The notes: generated by a model from the letters alone, not told the origin. A DNA stretch of 64,000 nt from an uncultured Candidatus Rokubacteria bacterium (GCA_963747235.1 CAVVEU010000013.1:327517-391516); one strand, 5' to 3'. Positions 40,546 to 50,507 are shown, numbered from the stretch's first letter. Translations and numbers: made by a program.

Positions 40546-41951
40546 GCGCCGCGATGGCGCGCAACGACTACGTCGCCTCCGACGGCATGGGCCTCAGCGG
40601 CGCGGTCCGGGCCGGCCGTGTCAGCGCACGCGCGGTGGCGGAGGCCGCGCTCGCCCAGATCGCCACGCGCGGCCCCGCGGTGAACGCGTTCACCACGGTG
40701 CTGGCCGAGCAGGCGCGGGCGGATGCGGATCGAGTGGACGCGGCGCTGGCCGCGGGCCGCGACGCCGGACCGCTGGCCGGACTGCCCTTCGCGGTGAAGG
40801 ATCTCTTCGACGTGGCGGGCATCACCACGCTGGCCGGGTCCAGGATCAACCGGGAGCGCCCGCCCGCCGCGCGCGACGCGCACGCGGTGGCGGCCCTTCG
40901 GCGCGCCGGGGCGGTCCTGGTGGGCGCGCTCAACATGGACGAGTACGCGTACGGCTTCACCACCGAGAACGCGCATTACGGCCCCGTGCGCAACCCGCAC
41001 GATCCGACCCGCGTCGCGGGCGGCTCCTCGGGAGGTTCGGGCGCGGCGGTGGGCGCGGGGCTCGTCCCGCTGACGCTGGGCTCGGACACGAACGGCTCCG
41101 TGCGGGTCCCGGCGGCGCTCTGCGGCGCCTTCGGGCTCAAGCCGACCTACGGACGCGTGTCGCGCGCGGGGAGCGCGCTGTTCGCGGGCAGCTTCGACCA
41201 CGTGGGCGCGCTCGGCCGCTCGGTGCGCGACGTCACCGCCGCATTCGACGTCATGCAGGGGCCCGATCCGGAGGATCCGGTGTGCTCCGCCCGGCCCGCG
41301 GAGCCCTGCCTGTCGCTCCTGGGAGAGGGCGTGGACGGGCTACGGATCGCGGTCCTCGATGGCCACTTCGCCCGGGGCGGCGAGCCCGAGACCTTCGCGG
41401 CGGTCGGCCAGGTGGCGGCGGCGCTCGGCGTGTCCCGGCGCGTCACGATCCCGGAGGCGCACCGGGCGCGGGCCGCCGCCATGGTCATCACGGCATCGGA
41501 AGGCGCCAACGTCCACCTGGCCGATCTCAAGCGCCGACCCCAGGACTTCGATCCGCTCACCCGGGATCGCTTCCTGGCGGGCGCCCTGTTGCCAGCCGCC
41601 GTCTACGTCCAGGCGCAGCGATTCCGCGCCTGGTACCGAGCCCGTGTCGCCGAGCTCTTCGGCGAGGTGGACGTGCTGCTGGCGCCGACCACGCCCTGTC
41701 CGGCCCCGCGCATCGGCCAGGACCGCGTCGTCCTGGACGGCGTCGAGGTCATGGTCCGGCCCAACCTCGGCGTCTACACCCAGCCCCTGTCCTTCATCGG
41801 CCTTCCGGTCCTCTCGGTCCCGGTCGCCCGCACCGGGGGGATGCCGCTGGGCGTCCAGCTCGTCGGCGCGCCGTTCCGCGAGGCCCACGTCCTGCGGGTA
41901 GGAGCGCTCCTCGAGGCCAAGGGCGTGGTGGCTGCCGCGGTGACCGCGTGA
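40542..41951 (+). CDS. AtzE-family amidase (1-carboxybiuret hydrolase-like)
   Basis: FAVKDLFDV, NMDEYAYGFTTEN, GGSSGGS, GSDTNGSVRVPA, YTQPLSFIGLP. Confidence 0.88.
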   Translation: MSAAMARNDYVASDGMGLSGAVRAGRVSARAVAEAALAQIATRGPAVNAFTTVLAEQARADADRVDAALAAGRDAGPLAGLPFAVKDLFDVAGITTLAGSRINRERPPAARDAHAVAALRRAGAVLVGALNMDEYAYGFTTENAHYGPVRNPHDPTRVAGGSSGGSGAAVGAGLVPLTLGSDTNGSVRVPAALCGAFGLKPTYGRVSRAGSALFAGSFDHVGALGRSVRDVTAAFDVMQGPDPEDPVCSARPAEPCLSLLGEGVDGLRIAVLDGHFARGGEPETFAAVGQVAAALGVSRRVTIPEAHRARAAAMVITASEGANVHLADLKRRPQDFDPLTRDRFLAGALLPAAVYVQAQRFRAWYRARVAELFGEVDVLLAPTTPCPAPRIGQDRVVLDGVEVMVRPNLGVYTQPLSFIGLPVLSVPVARTGGMPLGVQLVGAPFREAHVLRVGALLEAKGVVAAAVTA

Positions 41952-42334
41952 TGCGGTCCAACGATCCGGCGGTGCTGGCGGAGGTCACGGCGGCTTTCCA
42001 GGTGTACGAGAAGGCCCTCAACGACAACGACGCGGCCGTGCTGACCGCGCTCTTCTGGAAGAGCCCGCTCACCATCCGGTTCGGGATCGGGGAGAACCTC
42101 TACGGCCACGACGCCATCACCGCGTTTCGGCACGCTCGTCCCAACATCGACCTGCGCCGGACCCTCGAGAACACGGTCATCACGACCTACGGCGACGATT
42201 TCGCGACGGCCAACACCGAGTTCACCAAGCGCGATAGCGGCCGCCGCGGGCGGCAGAGCCAGACCTGGATGCGAACGGAGGCGGGCTGGCGCGTGGTGAG
42301 CGCGCACGTGTCGTTTCTTCCTGCCCAGGATTGA
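41951..42334 (+). CDS. AtzH-like / HpxZ (DUF3225) protein
   Basis: YEKAL..ND..L..LFW, RFG.GENLYG, GRQSQTW, WRVVSAHVS. Confidence 0.88.
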   Translation: MRSNDPAVLAEVTAAFQVYEKALNDNDAAVLTALFWKSPLTIRFGIGENLYGHDAITAFRHARPNIDLRRTLENTVITTYGDDFATANTEFTKRDSGRRGRQSQTWMRTEAGWRVVSAHVSFLPAQD

Positions 42335-42436
42335 GGCTCCATGATTATGCCGTGAGCAATCCGGGCGGGTACTCCGCTCGAGCGCTCCGGCTAAGCCCTT
42401 GATTTCCAATCCAGCCGATCCGGGCACAGCCCTTGC
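42322..42436 (+). promoter_or_regulatory. Paired enhancer-like sites, IHF site and sigma54 promoter of stand-alone HTH gene
   Basis: TGCCC-N7-AGGCT (42322), TGATT-N7-GAGCA (42342), minus-strand AATCAAGGGCTTA (42392-42404), GGGCACAGCCCTTGCT (42422-42437). Confidence 0.65.
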
Positions 42437-42452
42437 TGCGCGAAAGCTGCAT

Positions 42453-42731
42453 ATGACCATCGAGAGCTTCGACGCGCTCGTGAGCGGCACGCTGCCGTCA
42501 CTCGTGAGTGAGGCGGCGGCGGTGGACGGGGGCCGCCTCTACCGGAGTGTGATGGCGCGGGTGGAGCTGCCGCTACTCCGCCATGCCCTCGAGCTCTGCG
42601 GCGGCAATCAGCTCAAGGCCGCGAAGCTGCTCGGGATCAACCGGAACACCCTGCGCAAGCGCTTGCGGCTGCTGGGCCTCTTGCCGGTCGCGGGCACGAA
42701 CGGAGCGAAGGCGGGCGCGCGGTCGGCCTAG
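42453..42731 (+). CDS. Stand-alone Fis/NtrC-type HTH protein
   Basis: LYRSVMARVELPLL..AL...GGNQLKAAKLLGINRNTLRKRL; 92 aa, no REC or AAA+ domain. Confidence 0.85.
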   Translation: MTIESFDALVSGTLPSLVSEAAAVDGGRLYRSVMARVELPLLRHALELCGGNQLKAAKLLGINRNTLRKRLRLLGLLPVAGTNGAKAGARSA

Positions 42732-42776
42732 GAAGCTTTACGCTCTCGGCGGGGCCGGGGTAGACTTCGGCCCAGA

Positions 42777-43832
42777 GTGCACCACCGGGCCGTCGCGGTC
42801 ATTCCGTCGCTCCTTCTCCTGGTCGTCTGCGCCGGCGCCGGGACGGAGACCCTTCCGGGACCGCCGCTCCATCACATAGCCGGCGGCTTCCGCAACCTGG
42901 ATCCTGCCTTCACCCGGCCGTCCGCCTGGACCCGCTGGACCTTCATCGCGGGGCGGATGTGGGGCAGCCTGACCTCGCCACGCGCCTTCGAGGCCCCCCG
43001 CGTCGCAAACGACGGGGCCGCCCTGCGCGCGACTCCGCCGCCGCGGAGCATCACCTGGGTCGGGCACGCCACGCTGCTGGTCCAGGTGGACGGCCTCAGC
43101 ATCCTGACGGATCCGAGCTGGAGCGGGCGGGCGGGGCCGACCTCGTTCATCGGGGCCCCGCGGCTCAACGCGCCGGGGCTCGCGTTCGAGGTCCTGCCGC
43201 GCATCGACGTGGTCACGATCTCGCACGATCATTACGACCACCTCGACCTGCCCACCGTGAAGCGCCTGGCCGCGACCCACGATCCCCTCTTCGTGGTGCC
43301 GCTCGGCTTGAAGACCTGGTTCGAGGACAACGGGATGCCTCGCGTGGTGGAGCTCGACTGGTGGCAGGAGCACGAGCATCGCGGGGTGCGCTTCGTGTGC
43401 GCGCCGGCCCAGCACTTCAGCCAGCGCTCCCTCTGGGACGGGAACCGGCGCCTCTGGGCTTCCTGGGCGGTGCTGGGACGGGAGCGGCGCTTCTACCACA
43501 GCGGGGACACCGGCTACTTCGCCGGGTTCAAGGAGATCGGCGAGCGGCTCGGCCCCTTCGACGTGGCGGCGCTGGCCATCGGCGCGTACCTGCCACCCGA
43601 GATCATGAAGTGGGTGCACCTCACGCCCGAGCAGGCGGTGCAGGCCTTCGTGGATCTCGACGCGCGAACGATGCTCGCCATGCACTGGGGCACGTTCGAC
43701 CTGGCCGACGAGCCCCTCGACGAGCCGCCCACGCGCATGCTCGCCGATGTCGGCCGCCGCGGCATCGACCCATCTCGCGCCTGGGTCCTCGAAAATCGGG
43801 GAGACCCGCGCCTGGTAACGGGCGCTCGCTGA
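42777..43832 (+). CDS. MBL-fold metallo-hydrolase (NAPE-PLD/RomA-like), exported; true stop probably 43818
   Basis: TWVGHAT, ISHDHYDHLD, PAQHFSQR, GDTGY, IGAY.P, MHWGTF.LADE. Confidence 0.88.
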   Translation: MHHRAVAVIPSLLLLVVCAGAGTETLPGPPLHHIAGGFRNLDPAFTRPSAWTRWTFIAGRMWGSLTSPRAFEAPRVANDGAALRATPPPRSITWVGHATLLVQVDGLSILTDPSWSGRAGPTSFIGAPRLNAPGLAFEVLPRIDVVTISHDHYDHLDLPTVKRLAATHDPLFVVPLGLKTWFEDNGMPRVVELDWWQEHEHRGVRFVCAPAQHFSQRSLWDGNRRLWASWAVLGRERRFYHSGDTGYFAGFKEIGERLGPFDVAALAIGAYLPPEIMKWVHLTPEQAVQAFVDLDARTMLAMHWGTFDLADEPLDEPPTRMLADVGRRGIDPSRAWVLENRGDPRLVTGAR

Positions 43833-44521
43833 TGGCCCCGCGTGTGCTGATCGTCGAGGACGAGCCCGATATCCGGGACCTGCTCGTCTTCCATCTCGAG
43901 CGCGACGGCTACCAGGTCGCCAAGGCCCGGAGCGGGCCGGACGCCCTGCGCCAGGCGCAGACCTCGACGCCGGATCTGGTGCTGCTCGATCTCATGCTGC
44001 CCGAGATGGACGGGCTCGAGGTCTGTCGCCGGCTCCGCCAGAACCCCGTCACGCAGGGCATCCCGATCGTTATGCTGACCGCTCGGGGTGACGAGGTGGA
44101 TCGCGTGCTGGGCCTCGAGATGGGGGCCGACGACTACGTGGTCAAGCCGTTCTCGCCGCGGGAGCTGATGGCCCGCGTCCGCGCGGTGCTCCGGCGCACG
44201 CGGCCGACGCCGGGCACCGCGCCGCTCACGGTCGGCCGGCTCAGCATCGATCCCGCGGCCCACATCGTCACGGTGGACGACGTGCCGGTCTCGCTCACCC
44301 GCCGCGAGTTCGACCTGCTGCGGGCCCTGGTGGAGGCGCGCGGGCGGGTCCTGTCGCGCGAGTACCTGCTGGATCACGTGTGGGGCTACACCGCGGCCGA
44401 GGAGATCGAGTCGCGCACCGTGGACGTGCACGTGCGCCGGCTGCGGCAGAAGCTCGGCGTGGAGGGGCAGCGCATCGGCACCGTGACCGGCGTGGGCTAT
44501 CGCCTGGAAGGCGACGCCTGA
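43832..44521 (+). CDS. phoB: OmpR/PhoB-family response regulator
   Basis: LLDLMLP, GADDYVVKPFSPREL, VWG, RTVDVHVRRLR; adjacent to PhoR-like kinase and phn genes. Confidence 0.8.
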   Translation: MAPRVLIVEDEPDIRDLLVFHLERDGYQVAKARSGPDALRQAQTSTPDLVLLDLMLPEMDGLEVCRRLRQNPVTQGIPIVMLTARGDEVDRVLGLEMGADDYVVKPFSPRELMARVRAVLRRTRPTPGTAPLTVGRLSIDPAAHIVTVDDVPVSLTRREFDLLRALVEARGRVLSREYLLDHVWGYTAAEEIESRTVDVHVRRLRQKLGVEGQRIGTVTGVGYRLEGDA

Positions 44522-46334
44522 TGCGCGCCCTGCTTCGCCTCGTCCGGCGCAGCATCGCGCTCAAGCTGACCCTGACCCTGGTCGGCTTCGTGGCGGTCAC
44601 CAGCCTGGTGGCCGGGGTCTACCTGACCCGGGCGCTCGAGAACTTCGCGGTGGAGTCGCTGGAGACGCGCCTCGGCTCGGTGGCCGCCGTCGTGCACGAC
44701 GAGGCCCGGGCGCTCCTTCGGAAGGGGCGGGCCGCCTCCGCGCCTCAGGACCTGGCCGTCCGGGTGGCGCGGGCGACCGGGGCCCGCGTCACCCTCATCG
44801 CGCCGGACGGGCGCGTGCTCGCGGAGTCGGAGCGCGCGTTCGCGGACGTGGCGGGGCTCGAGAACCACGCGGCGCGGCCCGAGGTCCGCGAGGCGCTGGC
44901 GGGCCGCACCGGGCGCGCCCTACGCCGCAGCGCCACCACCGAGGCGCCGCTCCTGTACGTGGCGGTGCCGGTGCGCGAGGACGCGCGCGTGCTCGGGGTG
45001 CTCCGCCTGGCCCTGCCGCTCTCCGCGGTGACCGCCTCGTACGCGACGCTCCACCAGGTGATGCTGGCGGGCGGCGCGGTGGCCCTCCTCGTCGCGCTCG
45101 GGATCGGCATCTTCGTGGCGGGACGGGTGACGCGGCCGGTGGTCGAGATGCAGTCCATCGCCCGTCAGATGAGCGAGGGCAGCTTCCTGGTCCGCGCGCC
45201 CACGCGCTCCACCGATGAGATCGGCACGCTCGGCCGCTCGCTCAACGTGATGGCGGGGCGGCTGCGCGAGAAGATCCAGGACCTCGAGCAGGAGCAGGCC
45301 AAGATCACCGCCATGCTGGACGCGATGGTCGAGGGGGTCATCGCGGTGGACGGCCACGAGCACGTCCTGCTCATGAACGAGCAGGCCCGCGACGATGTTC
45401 GGTCTGGCCGGCTCGCGCGGCGAGGGCAAGCCGTTCCTCGAGGTCATCCGCAACGCCGACCTGCACGAGATCTTCCGCGCGGTGCACGCGGGGGGGCGCG
45501 GGCCTGGCCCTCCGGCAGGAGATCGCGATGACGAGCCCGGCGAACCGCATGCTCGGGGTCAACGCGGTCCGGCTCGCGTCGGTGGGCGGCGAGCCGGGGG
45601 TGGTCATGGTGCTCCACGACGTGACCGCGCTCCGCCAGCTCGAGCGGGTCCGCACCGAGTTCGTGGCGAACGTGAGCCACGAGCTGCGCACCCCGCTGAC
45701 CGCGATCCAGGGCTATCTCGAGACCCTGCTCTCGGGCGCGCTCGAGGAGCCGGAGAACGCCCGGCGCTTCCTCGAGATCGTGCTGCGCCACAGCGAGCGG
45801 CTGGGGCGCCTGCTGAACGACCTCACCGATCTGTCCAATATCGAGCTCGGCAAGGTGACGCTCCGCAAGGAGGCGGTGCGCCTGGACGAGCTGGTGGCCT
45901 CGGTGGTGGCGATCATCGGCCCGCGCGCGGCCCGCTCGCGGGTGGCGGTGACCGCGGACACGCCCGCCGAGCTGCCCGCGGTCGCGGCGGATCGCGATCG
46001 GTTGGTGCAGGTCCTCATCAACCTGGTGGACAACGCGGTCAAGTACACGCCCGAGGGCGGCGCGGTCACGGTGACCGCGCGCGCCACCGGAGACGGCGCG
46101 GTGGAGATCGCGGTGGCCGACACCGGCATCGGGATCCCGGCCGCCGACCTGCCCCGCATCACCGAGCGCTTCTATCGAGTGGACAAGGCCCGCTCGCGCG
46201 AGCTGGGCGGCACCGGCCTGGGGCTGGCCATCGTCAAGCACCTCGTCCTGGCCCACGGGGGCGAGCTGCGCATCGAGAGCCAGGAGCAGCAGGGCACCAC
46301 CGTCCGCTTCACGCTTCCGATCCAGCCCGCCTAG
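44521..46334 (+). CDS. phoR: PhoR-like sensor histidine kinase (frameshifts near 45390 and 45495)
   Basis: TM-Cache (ENH..RPEV)-TM-HAMP-PAS; FVANVSHELRTPL, ERFYRVDKARSRELGGTGLGLAIVKH. Confidence 0.85.
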
Positions 46335-46365
46335 GCTCCCTCCGGGGCCCGTTGCCCGTCAGCGC

Positions 46366-46382
46366 GTTACAGAAACTTCACG
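46366..46382 (+). promoter_or_regulatory. Pho-box-like direct repeat (2 units)
   Basis: GTTACA (46366) and TTCACG (46377), 11-bp period, upstream of the hydrolase-GH3 operon. Confidence 0.45.
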
Positions 46383-46456
46383 TGCGGAATGGTATGCCAT
46401 CAATCCGCCCCGTGCATGCTGGCCCGTGACAGTCAGCCTTCGACAAGGAGGTCACC

Positions 46457-47253
46457 GTGGACATGCATGAGGATCCGGAGTTCCGCTGGCTGGAGCGAGG
46501 GACAGGCGAGCCCGTCGTGCTGCTGCACGGGCTCATGGGACAGATGCACCACTGGGACGCGGTGCTGGAGACGCTGGGCGACGGCTATCGAAGCGATCGC
46601 GCCCACACTCCCGGTGTTTCATCGCGAGCTGCGCGAGGCGAGCGTGGGCGCGCTCGCGCGCTACGTGGTCCGCTTCCTGGACGCGCTCGACATTCCGCGC
46701 GCCGTGCTCGGCGGCAACTCGCTGGGCGGGCACGTGGCCCTGCGACTGGCCCTCGAGCACCGCGAGCGCGTGTCGGGGCTGGTGCTTACCGGATCGTCGG
46801 GGCTCTTCGAGCGGGGCTTCACGACCGGCGTGCCCCACCGCCCGGATCGCGCATGGGTCCGACGCAAGATGGAAGAGGTGTTCTTCGATCCCGCGCTGGT
46901 GACCGACGGGTGGGTCGAGGACGTGCATCGGCTGGTCACCACGCCGGCCTCGGCGCTGCGAATCCTGCGGCTGGCCCGCGACGCGCGGCGCGACAATCTT
47001 CGAGGATCGGCTCGGCGAGATCCGGGTGCCCACGCTCCTGATCTGGGGCTTCGAGGATCGGATCACGCCCCCGGAGGTTGCCGAGCGCTTCCGCACCCTG
47101 ATCCCGGACACGCATCTCTGGCACCTCTCGCAGTGCGGGCACACCCCGATGCTCGAGCGCCCCGAGCCGTTCGCGGAGGTGCTCGTCGACTGGCTCGAGG
47201 GCACGAGACGCCGAAGGGAGATCGCGGTGCCCCAGCTCGGAGGCGTGCGGTGA
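46457..47253 (+). CDS. Alpha/beta-fold hydrolase (frameshifts near 46590 and 47000)
   Basis: AAGGAGG RBS; VVLLHGL, GNSLGG nucleophile, WG.EDRITP, CGHTPMLE. Confidence 0.88.
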
Positions 47254-48854
47254 TCGGCCGGGCCGCGGGGTCGGTGCTCGACTGGTACGGCAGCCGTCGG
47301 CGCCGGCAGCTCGAGGAGGTGTGGCGCGATCCGGCCGGCGTCCAGGAGCGCGCGCTGCGGCGCCTGACCGCGACGGCGCGCGACACGGAGTTCGGGCTCG
47401 CGCACGGCTTCCGGAGTGTTCGGTCCGTGGCGGAATACCAGGCGCGGGTGCCGGTGCGCGACTACGGGCAGTTGCGGCCGTGGCTCGAGCGTGCGGCCGC
47501 CGGCGAAGAGTCGGTCGCGTGGCCGGGCCGGTGCCGGGACTGGGTGAAGACCTCGGGCACCACCGCGGGCGACAAGGTGATCCCGGTGACGCCGGAGGCA
47601 TTCGCCTCACACAGGAAGGGCGGGTGGGACGCCCTGCTTCGCGCGGCGAGCCTGGCGGGCGGGGGACAGAGCCTGATGGGCGGGCCGATGCTCTTTCTGG
47701 GCGGCAGCACGGCGCTCCGGCCCCTCGGCGAGGGAACACAGGTCGGTGACCTGTCGGGACTGGTGGCGAGCCGCTTGCCCTGGGGATTCCGCGGCCGCTA
47801 TTCTCCGGGCCCGGAGTGCGCCGCGATCCCGAACTGGGAGGAGCGCCTGGATGCGATCGCGGCGGTGGCGACGACGCAGGACATCCGCCTGCTCTCGGGC
47901 ATGCCGTCCTGGCTCGTCATCCTCTTCGAGCGCATCGCGCGCCACGCCGAGGCGGAGGGCGGCCGCCGCCTGCGAAGCCTCGGGCAGCTCTGGCCTCACC
48001 TCCAGGTGCTGATCCACGGCGGCGTGGCCTTCGCGCCGTACGCCGACGTGTTCGAGGAATGGCTGGGGCGGCGCCTCCCGCGGGTCGAGGTCTATCCGGC
48101 CTCGGAGGGCTTCGTGGGCGTGCAGACCGAGTCCGCGGGCGGCCTCACCCTCATGCTCGACTACGGCATCTTCTACGAGTTCGTGCCGGTGGAGGATCTG
48201 GGCGCCGAATCGCCGCGGCGGCACACGGTGGCCGACGTCGAGCTGGGGCGTCCCTACGCGGTGGTGATGAGCACGCCGGCCGGGCTCTGGTCGTACGCGC
48301 TCGGCGACACGGTCCGGTTCACCGGACGGGATCCGCTGCGACTCGTGATCACCGGGCGCACGCGGCACTACGTGAACGCCTTCGGGGAGAACGTGATCGT
48401 GGAGGAGGTGGAGCGCGCGCTGGTGCGCGCCTGCCGACGGACCGAGGCGGAGGTGGTGGAGTTCACGGTGGCGCCGCGATGGCCGAGCGCGGGCGAGCCG
48501 CGGGGCGGGCACGAGTGGCTCGTCGAGTTCCGGGTGCCGCCGACCGAGCCGGACGATTTCGCGCGGATCCTGGACGAGGCGCTCGCGACGCTCAACACCG
48601 ACTACCGGACCAAGCGTAGCGGCTCGGTCGGGATGGTCGCGCCCACCGTGACCACGCTGCCGGCCGGAACCTTCCATCGATGGATGCGGAAGACGGGGCG
48701 GCTCGGCGACCAGCACAAGGTCGCCCGCGTCACCAACGATCGAGCGATCGCGAACGCGCTGCGGGCCGAGAGCGGAGTGCTGAGGCCCGACCCGCGAGTG
48801 AGCGTCGCGCAAGGTTCACCGGACGGTCATCACCTTGCAATACCGCTCCGATAG
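47250..48854 (+). CDS. GH3-family acyl-adenylate/amido synthetase
   Basis: TEFG..HGF, KTSGTTAGDK.IP, YPASEG, FYEFVP, GLWSY..GD.VRF, GRT, QHKV.RV. Confidence 0.88.
   Translation: MIGRAAGSVLDWYGSRRRRQLEEVWRDPAGVQERALRRLTATARDTEFGLAHGFRSVRSVAEYQARVPVRDYGQLRPWLERAAAGEESVAWPGRCRDWVKTSGTTAGDKVIPVTPEAFASHRKGGWDALLRAASLAGGGQSLMGGPMLFLGGSTALRPLGEGTQVGDLSGLVASRLPWGFRGRYSPGPECAAIPNWEERLDAIAAVATTQDIRLLSGMPSWLVILFERIARHAEAEGGRRLRSLGQLWPHLQVLIHGGVAFAPYADVFEEWLGRRLPRVEVYPASEGFVGVQTESAGGLTLMLDYGIFYEFVPVEDLGAESPRRHTVADVELGRPYAVVMSTPAGLWSYALGDTVRFTGRDPLRLVITGRTRHYVNAFGENVIVEEVERALVRACRRTEAEVVEFTVAPRWPSAGEPRGGHEWLVEFRVPPTEPDDFARILDEALATLNTDYRTKRSGSVGMVAPTVTTLPAGTFHRWMRKTGRLGDQHKVARVTNDRAIANALRAESGVLRPDPRVSVAQGSPDGHHLAIPLR
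48815..48842 (+). promoter_or_regulatory. Pho-box-like direct repeats upstream of phnC
   Basis: TTCACC (48815), GTCATC (48826), GCAATA (48837), then TAGGGT -10-like element. Confidence 0.6.
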
Positions 48855-48867
48855 GGTGCTCCGCGAG

Positions 48868-49695
48868 ATGAGCGCGAAGACCTCTCCGGTAGTGATCCTG
48901 GAACGGGTTAGCCGGCGCTTCGACACCCAGCTTGCGCTCGACTCGGTCACGACCTGCATCCGTCCCGGCGAGTTCGTGGCCATCATCGGCCGCTCCGGGG
49001 CCGGGAAGACCACCCTGCTCCGCTGCCTGTCCCGGGCGATCGTGCCCACCGACGGGGCGATCCGCATGGGTGGGGTGGATCTTCGGCCCCTCGCGGGAGC
49101 CGGTCTTCGGATTCATCGCGCGCGCGTGGGCGTCATCTACCAGCAGTTCAACCTGGTGAAGCGGCTCCGCGTCCTCGACAACGTGCTCGTCGGCCGCCTC
49201 CCGCACCTCCGGGGCTGGCGGTGTTACGCCGCGCTGGTCGGGTCCTTCGACCGGGCCCAGCGGGAGGCGGCCCTGCGCTGCCTCGCCCACGTGGGCCTCC
49301 TGGCGCGTGCCTGGCAGCGCACCGACACGCTGTCGGGCGGCGAGCAGCAGCGGATAGCGATCGCCAAGATCCTCGCGCAGGAGCCCCAGCTCATTCTCGG
49401 TGACGAGCCGGTGGCGAGTCTCGACGTCATGAACGGGGCGCTCGTGATGGAGACGCTGCGCCGCATCGCCACGAGCGCCGGCCTCACCGTGATCTCGACG
49501 CTCCATCACGTGGAGTACGCGCGCCGCTACGCGGACCGGGTGCTCGGCCTCCGCGGGGGCCGGCTGGTGTTCGACGGGCTGGCCCGCGAGCTGAGCGACG
49601 CCGCCATCCGGGACATCTTCGGCGCGATGCCGGAGGCCGGGGAGAGTCCCATCGGGCTGCCGGCGCTGCCCGAGCCGGAGCTGGTGGCCAGTTGA
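48868..49695 (+). CDS. phnC: Phosphonate ABC transporter ATP-binding protein
   Basis: GRSGAGKTT, QQFNLV.RL.VLDNVL.GRL, LSGGEQQR, DEPVASLD. Confidence 0.93.
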   Translation: MSAKTSPVVILERVSRRFDTQLALDSVTTCIRPGEFVAIIGRSGAGKTTLLRCLSRAIVPTDGAIRMGGVDLRPLAGAGLRIHRARVGVIYQQFNLVKRLRVLDNVLVGRLPHLRGWRCYAALVGSFDRAQREAALRCLAHVGLLARAWQRTDTLSGGEQQRIAIAKILAQEPQLILGDEPVASLDVMNGALVMETLRRIATSAGLTVISTLHHVEYARRYADRVLGLRGGRLVFDGLARELSDAAIRDIFGAMPEAGESPIGLPALPEPELVAS

Positions 49696-50507
49696 CCGGC
49701 CCGCTAACCGGCATCCTGGGTGGTCCCGCTCCCCAGGCACCCCCTCGTCGCTCCGATCTCAGCCGCAACCTCCTGGCTACGCTCGGCCTCGCGGTGATCT
49801 TCGGGCTGGCCGCTCAGATCATCGAGCTGCGGCCGCTCGAGCTGCTGCGGGACGTCGGCAATGTCGGCGTCTTCCTGAAGGGCTACCTGCGGCCGTCGTT
49901 CGCTCACATCGGGGAGTACTCCTGGCAATGCGTGGTGACGGTGTGCATCGCGCTGTGGGGAACGCTGCTCGCCATGTTCATCTCGATCCCGCTCGGGCTC
50001 CTGGGGGCGCGGAACCTGAGCCCGCACCCGGTCGTCTACTTCGCGGCCCGCCGGACGATGGACGTGCTGCGGGCGGTCAACGAGTTCGTCTTCGCGCTCA
50101 TGTTCGTGACCGCGGTGGGGCTCGGACCCTTCGCGGGGATGCTCGCGCTCGGCATCCACACCGGCGGCGTGCTCGGCAAGCTGCTCAGCGAGACCATCGA
50201 GGGCATCGATCCGGGCCAGGCCGAGGGCGTGACCGCGGTGGGAGCGGGGCGGCTCCACGTGATCGCCTTCGGGGTGGTGCCGCAGGTGCTCCCGAACTTC
50301 CTCTCCTACGTGCTCCTCCGCTTCGAGTCCGACATCCGATCGGCGGCCGTGATCGGCATGGTCGGGGGCGGGGGCATCGGCTTCTACCTGTGGGACACGA
50401 TCCGGTCGTTCAAGGACAGTGAGGCGGCCACGGTCATCCTGCTGATCGTCGCCATGGTGATGTGCACCGACGTGATCTCGTCCCGCATCCGGCGGGCGGC
50501 GATCTAG
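49692..50507 (+). CDS. phnE: Phosphonate ABC transporter permease
   Basis: AVGLGPFAG, GKLLSE.IE, VPQVLP, RFE..IRSA..IG.VG.GGIG. Confidence 0.93.
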   Translation: MTGPLTGILGGPAPQAPPRRSDLSRNLLATLGLAVIFGLAAQIIELRPLELLRDVGNVGVFLKGYLRPSFAHIGEYSWQCVVTVCIALWGTLLAMFISIPLGLLGARNLSPHPVVYFAARRTMDVLRAVNEFVFALMFVTAVGLGPFAGMLALGIHTGGVLGKLLSETIEGIDPGQAEGVTAVGAGRLHVIAFGVVPQVLPNFLSYVLLRFESDIRSAAVIGMVGGGGIGFYLWDTIRSFKDSEAATVILLIVAMVMCTDVISSRIRRAAI

